The notes below the pieces were generated by a model. That model was not told the origin of the DNA. It saw nothing but the letters and a program-made list of their open reading frames with translations, and did not search any database. Source: Macrostomum lignano (lineage: Eukaryota). From it: 54,293 bases of DNA. The first letter of the stretch is position 1. Each line of letters begins with the position of its first letter. This document shows positions 50,462 through 54,293 of the stretch, piece by piece. Both the position numbers and the translations under genes were made by a program. The stretch covers positions 1-54,293 of the forward strand of contig NIVC01000078.1 in assembly GCA_002269645.1 (NCBI GenBank), given 5' to 3'.

Positions 50462-53163
50462 ATGTCGAAGCTACCAACCTACAAAAAAGCAACAAGCATG
50501 GCAGAACCGCCAGCAAAAAAGGCAAATAAAAGACTGTCACAAGATCTGCGCGAGTGCACTGAGACTGAACTAATAATGCCACAGTCCAGACAAGGCCCTG
50601 GCCGTACATCTGTGCCCCCTGCGCAACGACGGCGTGCCTCTCAAGGCTCAACAGCTAAGACAACACCTCCAATCGAGCCAAATGTCCTGCAGCCAGGTTC
50701 AGATAGTTCATCTGCGGCTGTATCGGCATCAACTATTTCAAACTCACCAATACTTCCAAATCCGGCTGCTACCATAGCCCTACCTGAGGTCATTCAGATC
50801 CCGGCTGATTCTGACTCTTCGTCATCTAGTGGCTCAGCTACGGTGCTGGAAGGGGCTGGCCTAGCTGGCTCCGAAGACCCCAGTACCGAAGCACACGCTG
50901 AAGGCTCAGAAGCCGGATCTGCAAATAACAACGAAAGCAATGACAACAGTGAAAAAGAGGTCAACAACGAATACAGGGTAATACCGATCAGTTTCCCAAT
51001 GATGCCAGATAAGTCTGGCGTAAACATTCAGCATCATCAGGACGTTGTCCTAGAATATTATCCTAAAATGATTAGTTCAGTAGCTCAAGATCTCTACGAC
51101 CAACTGGTAACTGACCTGCTGCCCAGGGCCATAAGGCATCGTCCTCATGAGCAGCGCCGGGTCTGCTGGTTTGGCCCACGCTACTCCTATTCTGGTGTGC
51201 CACTTGAGGCAAATAACCAATGGCACCCGGCTGTCGAGGATCTGCGGGACTTTCTCGAGTTTAATACAGATCTTGGCATGCCACAGTTCAATAGCTGTCT
51301 CGTGAATTTTTACGAGGCTGCAGAAGATCGAATTCCATTTCATGCGGACAACGAACCAGAGCTAGGTACTGACCCGTACATCGTGACGGTATCCTCGGGT
51401 CAGTACGCCAGTTCTTGGTCCGCAGAAAAACTGACCAAAGAATTATCGCTCGCTTTGACACAATGCCTGGCTCTGTCATTGTAATGGCCGGCGCATGTCA
51501 GCGAAAATGTGAGCACAGTGTACCGGCTGTTGGCACTCAAGATGGTATACGCATTTCGCTCACCTTTAGAGTGACAAATCCACTTAGTGCTAATGTGCCG
51601 GTGCACGGAGGCCCAACAAGATCGGCAGCAGCTCGCGATGGTCAAGGGCCCGGCAGTAGTGGAACGGGCACCAGTTCTGCTGCGCTGGGCTCCCGGTCGA
51701 GTTTTGCAGCTGGGCAGCCAGGCAGTAGTGGGGCGGCCAGCGCGTCCGGCCCTGCTGCGCCAGGCGGCCCCCAAAGTCAGCGCGGTCGCGGCGGCTATGC
51801 AGGAGCGGGGCGGGGTGGGCCTGGTCGAGGCCAAGGAGGTCACGACCGGCCTTACGCTGCAGCTGCAACAGCCAATGCCAGCAACAACGCAAGCCGCTCT
51901 AATGTTGTGCCGGTCATCTTCAATGTAGAAACTGAAGACGGCGACAATCAAATTGAATTTCTGAAATGGTTGGCGGTAAATTTCCAAGGGTCGGCTCGAG
52001 CCACCTTCACAAAAAAAATGTACCAGGCCAAAGGCTATCTGGTACATCCGGCCACTCCCAGAGACCACCAGATCTTCTTACGTGGGCCTCTGAGGGAACC
52101 AAACTTCAAGGGTGCGCCAGTCACCAGGCGTCTGCCAAGCCGAAGGCCTGAACAAAGACCTGCAGAGCACCGTCAGCCGGTCCAGACCGTACACTCTTTT
52201 GTAGTACGCGGAGTTCCGGTAGACATTGAGGCCCGAGACTTCCTGCGCCATCTCAAGGAGGACGTCGGCCTTAAGGCGATTTCTGCCAGTAGAATAACGG
52301 CCAAGACAAACAACAAGCCCACTCAGCTTATTCGGGTGTTTGTTGCCAACAAACAGACTGCAGAAGCGTGCATAGCTACCGGAATCATCTCTGACTTCAC
52401 CAGCTATGTATGCGAACCGAGTAGGACTGCGGCCCCAGCTCGTGCGGTCCAATGCCAAAACTGCCAGCGTTTTGGCCACGTCTCTAATAAGTGTCAGGAG
52501 ACTACCAGATGCCGAATCTGCGCTGGCCAGCATCACTGGCGGGACTGCTCGAGCCAGGACAACGCCCAGTGTGCAAACTGCGGCGAACAGCATCGCGCCA
52601 ACAGCAGGACCTGCTCGGTTGCAGTTCAAGCCAATAGTAAAGTTGCCAAGCAAGCTGCTGCACGTGCGGCGGGTGCCCAAGAAGCCAGCGCCGCCCAGGC
52701 TGCGGTGAGAGCACCTCCTGTACCAGCAGCAGTCCATGCCCCAGCAGCAGCAACAGCAGTGCCCCCCGCCCCCGCACCGAGACCAGCACCGGCAGAAACG
52801 TTGAGGTCGGCCGACGCCGCAGCGCGGGCGTCAGCGGCGACAGGAGGCGACGACGACTCGTCATGGCTGACCGGCCCCAGCCTCCCTAGCCGAAAGCGCC
52901 CTGCGCGCGAATCGACCGACTCGACGACACAAACATCTGTGCCGAATATGCTACCTAACAATAATACGCCATCGATTGCTAGCGTTGCCGTCAATTCTGA
53001 ATACCAAGGACTGGTGAGTGGGCTTCTTCCTCTCCTGGTTCAAGCACTCGCAGAGGTGCTTACGATCCTCTGGCCGAGTACAGCCGAACGGCCGCCTGCT
53101 ATGGAAGGCACTGGTCAAACAGTGAACGAAGTAGTAGGTAGGTTCTGGCCCGTGTACTCCTAG
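50462..53163 (+). CDS. LINE ORF1 protein (~900 aa): AlkB dioxygenase + RGG + PRE_C2HC/RRM-like + 3 zinc knuckles; one frameshift at ~51394
   Basis: ATG 50462 (MSKLPTYKK; a second ATG in strong context at 50498). ORFs 50384..51484 and 51415..53163 join if one C is added to GTATCCTCGGG (51389-51399), giving IVTVS-LGSVRQFLVRRK. Stop TAG at 53161-53163. Confidence 0.88.
51041..51573 (+). other. alkB: AlkB-family (ALKBH2/ALKBH3-like) Fe(II)/2-oxoglutarate dioxygenase domain within ORF1
   Basis: RRVCWFGPRYSYSG, W-HP, FNSCLVNFY (N 51305, Y 51311), IPFHADNEPELG (His 51341, Asp 51347), VSLGSVRQF, GSVIVMAG, EHSVP (His 51514), RISLTFR (Arg 51550, Arg 51568). Order and spacing match the AlkB double-stranded beta-helix consensus. 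The symbol is family-level only. Confidence 0.93.
52195..52425 (+). other. PRE_C2HC / RRM-like region of LINE ORF1
   Basis: FVVRGVPVDI...RITAKTNNKPTQLIRVFV...YVCEPSR lies immediately before the knuckles. This resembles the VxxGL...KPTPLxxV pattern of Jockey/I ORF1 proteins. Recognised by eye, no HMM run. Confidence 0.65.
52453..52614 (+). other. Three CCHC zinc knuckles of ORF1
   Basis: CQNCQRFGHVSNKC (CX2CX4HX4C), CRICAGQHHWRDC (CX2CX3HX4C) and CANCGEQHRANSRTC (CX2CX3HX6C). This is the typical triple-knuckle pattern of Jockey/I-type ORF1. Confidence 0.96.
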
Positions 53164-53272
53164 GGGGGTCGGAAAGTCACCAGGGTCTCGGTCAGCTGCC
53201 AGGCGCTCCCAGCGTCAGGCGGGTGGCCAGACCTAGAATGAAATAGTTCATGTACTTTCGGTAAAAACGGGC

Positions 53273-54293
53273 ATGACAGCTCTAACCCCACTGCCTTAGG
53301 GCTTAGGATCGCCCATCTAAATTGCAGGGGATAATACCGAAACTAAAAGAACTCAGGCTCTGGGTCTCAGACCAGAAATTGGATATTGCATTGTTTTCTG
53401 AGACCATCCTGAAAGATACCCAAGCATGCCACATTCCCGGGCTATGCTGCTGTGCGGTTCGACCTCCCCAGTGCAAAGCGCGGACTCCTCCTTGTTCACA
53501 CCCCACGGGTAAAGTAGCAGACGTCCAGCTCTCGCGCGACAACGTCAACCACGAGGTACTTACCTGCACGGTCACTCCTGTTGACGGCGCATGTCCCGTT
53601 TTCCAACTTTCCCTGGTCTATCGGTCCCCGTCGCCGGACAACCTTGACACAGGTCTTTTGACTCGGCTGTCCTCGGCAAAGTACTCGCTTATTATGGGTG
53701 ACCTGAACGCCAGGCATAGCTTCTTGGGGGGTGAAAGTCGCAACAACAGGGCAGGACAGCAGCTCCATGATTGGCTCTGTGGCGACCCATCAGAACGCCC
53801 TACCGTCCTCAACCAACCAGGCCAGTTCACCAGAATAGCCCACCGGCAAGGCACTGTGTTGCGGAATGTGCTGGATCTCGACTAGCCTCCGGTGACCTTG
53901 TCTCGTACGTGCAAGACTTTGAAGTGGGCTCTGACCTGGACAGTGACCACCTCCCAATTATTCTCACCCTGGCGAGCAACTCCCCAGATTGGCAAGGGCC
54001 GGAGAAGGCTCGAAATTTTGCCAAGACCAACTGGGAGGGGTTCCAGAACTCGCTGATGGAAAAACTGTAGACGCGTGGCCTCCAGAGCTTAGCACTAGCA
54101 GCAAATCGATGCGGAGGTTGATGTCATCGACGAACGCGATCCAGAAAACCATCGAAGAAAATGTCCCGATCAGAAAAGGCCGTAGAGCCCTCCCCCAGAG
54201 GATCATTGCCATGATCAAGGAGAGGAGGAAGCTCCGGCGTCTGTATCATAGTACCAGGGACGACAACTTCAGGCTCCTCGCGAATAGGAAGGC
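53273..54293 (+). CDS. LINE ORF2, partial: apurinic-like endonuclease + linker; multiple frameshifts in this sequence
   Basis: Motifs in order: LRIAHLNCRG (53302), LDIALFSET (SET 53397-53405), IPG-Y, YRSP, LIMGDLNARH (53688-53717), N-RAGQQL, VLDL, SDHLPI (53942), RNFAKTNWEGF, LPQRIIAMIKERRKLRRLYHSTR. They are spread over three frames. The start at ATG 53273 is tentative because it needs one more base in the C4 run at 53286-53289. Confidence 0.88.

Larger units (their letters stand above)
49392..54293 (+). mobile_element. APE-type non-LTR retrotransposon (LINE), Jockey/I-superfamily-like ORF1, 5' portion; truncated by the window end before the RT domain
   Basis: The layout is UTR, then a gag-like ORF1 with three CCHC knuckles, a short spacer, and an ORF2 that begins with an apurinic-like endonuclease and the conserved post-APE linker. 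The left boundary is taken as the point where the satellite stops (C49391 could belong to either side). Clade assignment needs the RT. Confidence 0.92.

Noticed and set aside
51386-51402. Programmed -1 ribosomal frameshift signal
   Set aside because: There is no slippery heptamer, and a shift inside a catalytic beta-strand is better explained by a single-base loss.
53038-53082. Transmembrane helix near the ORF1 C-terminus (LLPLLVQALAEVLTILWP)
   Set aside because: It contains polar and charged residues with helical periodicity. An amphipathic or oligomerisation helix is at least as likely, and this cannot be decided without prediction tools.
50451-54218. Minus-strand ORFs (for example 51400..52068, 52078..52737, 52626..52994) and alternative plus-frame ORFs overlapping ORF1/ORF2
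   Set aside because: No recognisable motifs. They are explained as shadow frames of GC-rich, low-complexity coding sequence.
49392-54293. Telomeric retrotransposon (HeT-A/TART-like) with a terminal repeat cap
   Set aside because: There are no telomeric repeats or chromosome-end evidence in the window. The orientation is compatible, but nothing supports it specifically.

Overview
Eukaryotic genomic DNA with two parts. (1) Bases 1-49391 are a head-to-tail satellite array of a 159-bp non-coding unit (311 complete units plus one partial by my phase count). The interior is extremely uniform. Length variants (159/156/150 bp) arise almost entirely at one 9-bp micro-duplication and accumulate towards the right edge. 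(2) Bases 49392-54293 are the 5' part of an APE-type non-LTR retrotransposon (LINE) with a Jockey/I-superfamily-like ORF1. It joins the array directly in mid-unit and has a ~1.07-kb 5' UTR, ORF1, and the start of ORF2 (endonuclease plus linker). The RT domain lies beyond the window. The main result is that ORF1, once a single missing C at ~51394 is restored, is a ~900-aa protein. It carries a complete ALKBH2/3-like Fe(II)/2-oxoglutarate dioxygenase domain (NxY, HxD...H and RxxxxxR all intact) fused upstream of an RGG linker, a PRE_C2HC/RRM-like region and three zinc knuckles. This suggests a retrotransposon that carries its own nucleic-acid demethylase/repair enzyme. ORF2 has about seven single-base indels, mostly losses in short base runs. 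These look like long-read consensus errors rather than decay, but raw reads are needed to confirm. No database searches were run, so novelty claims are provisional.
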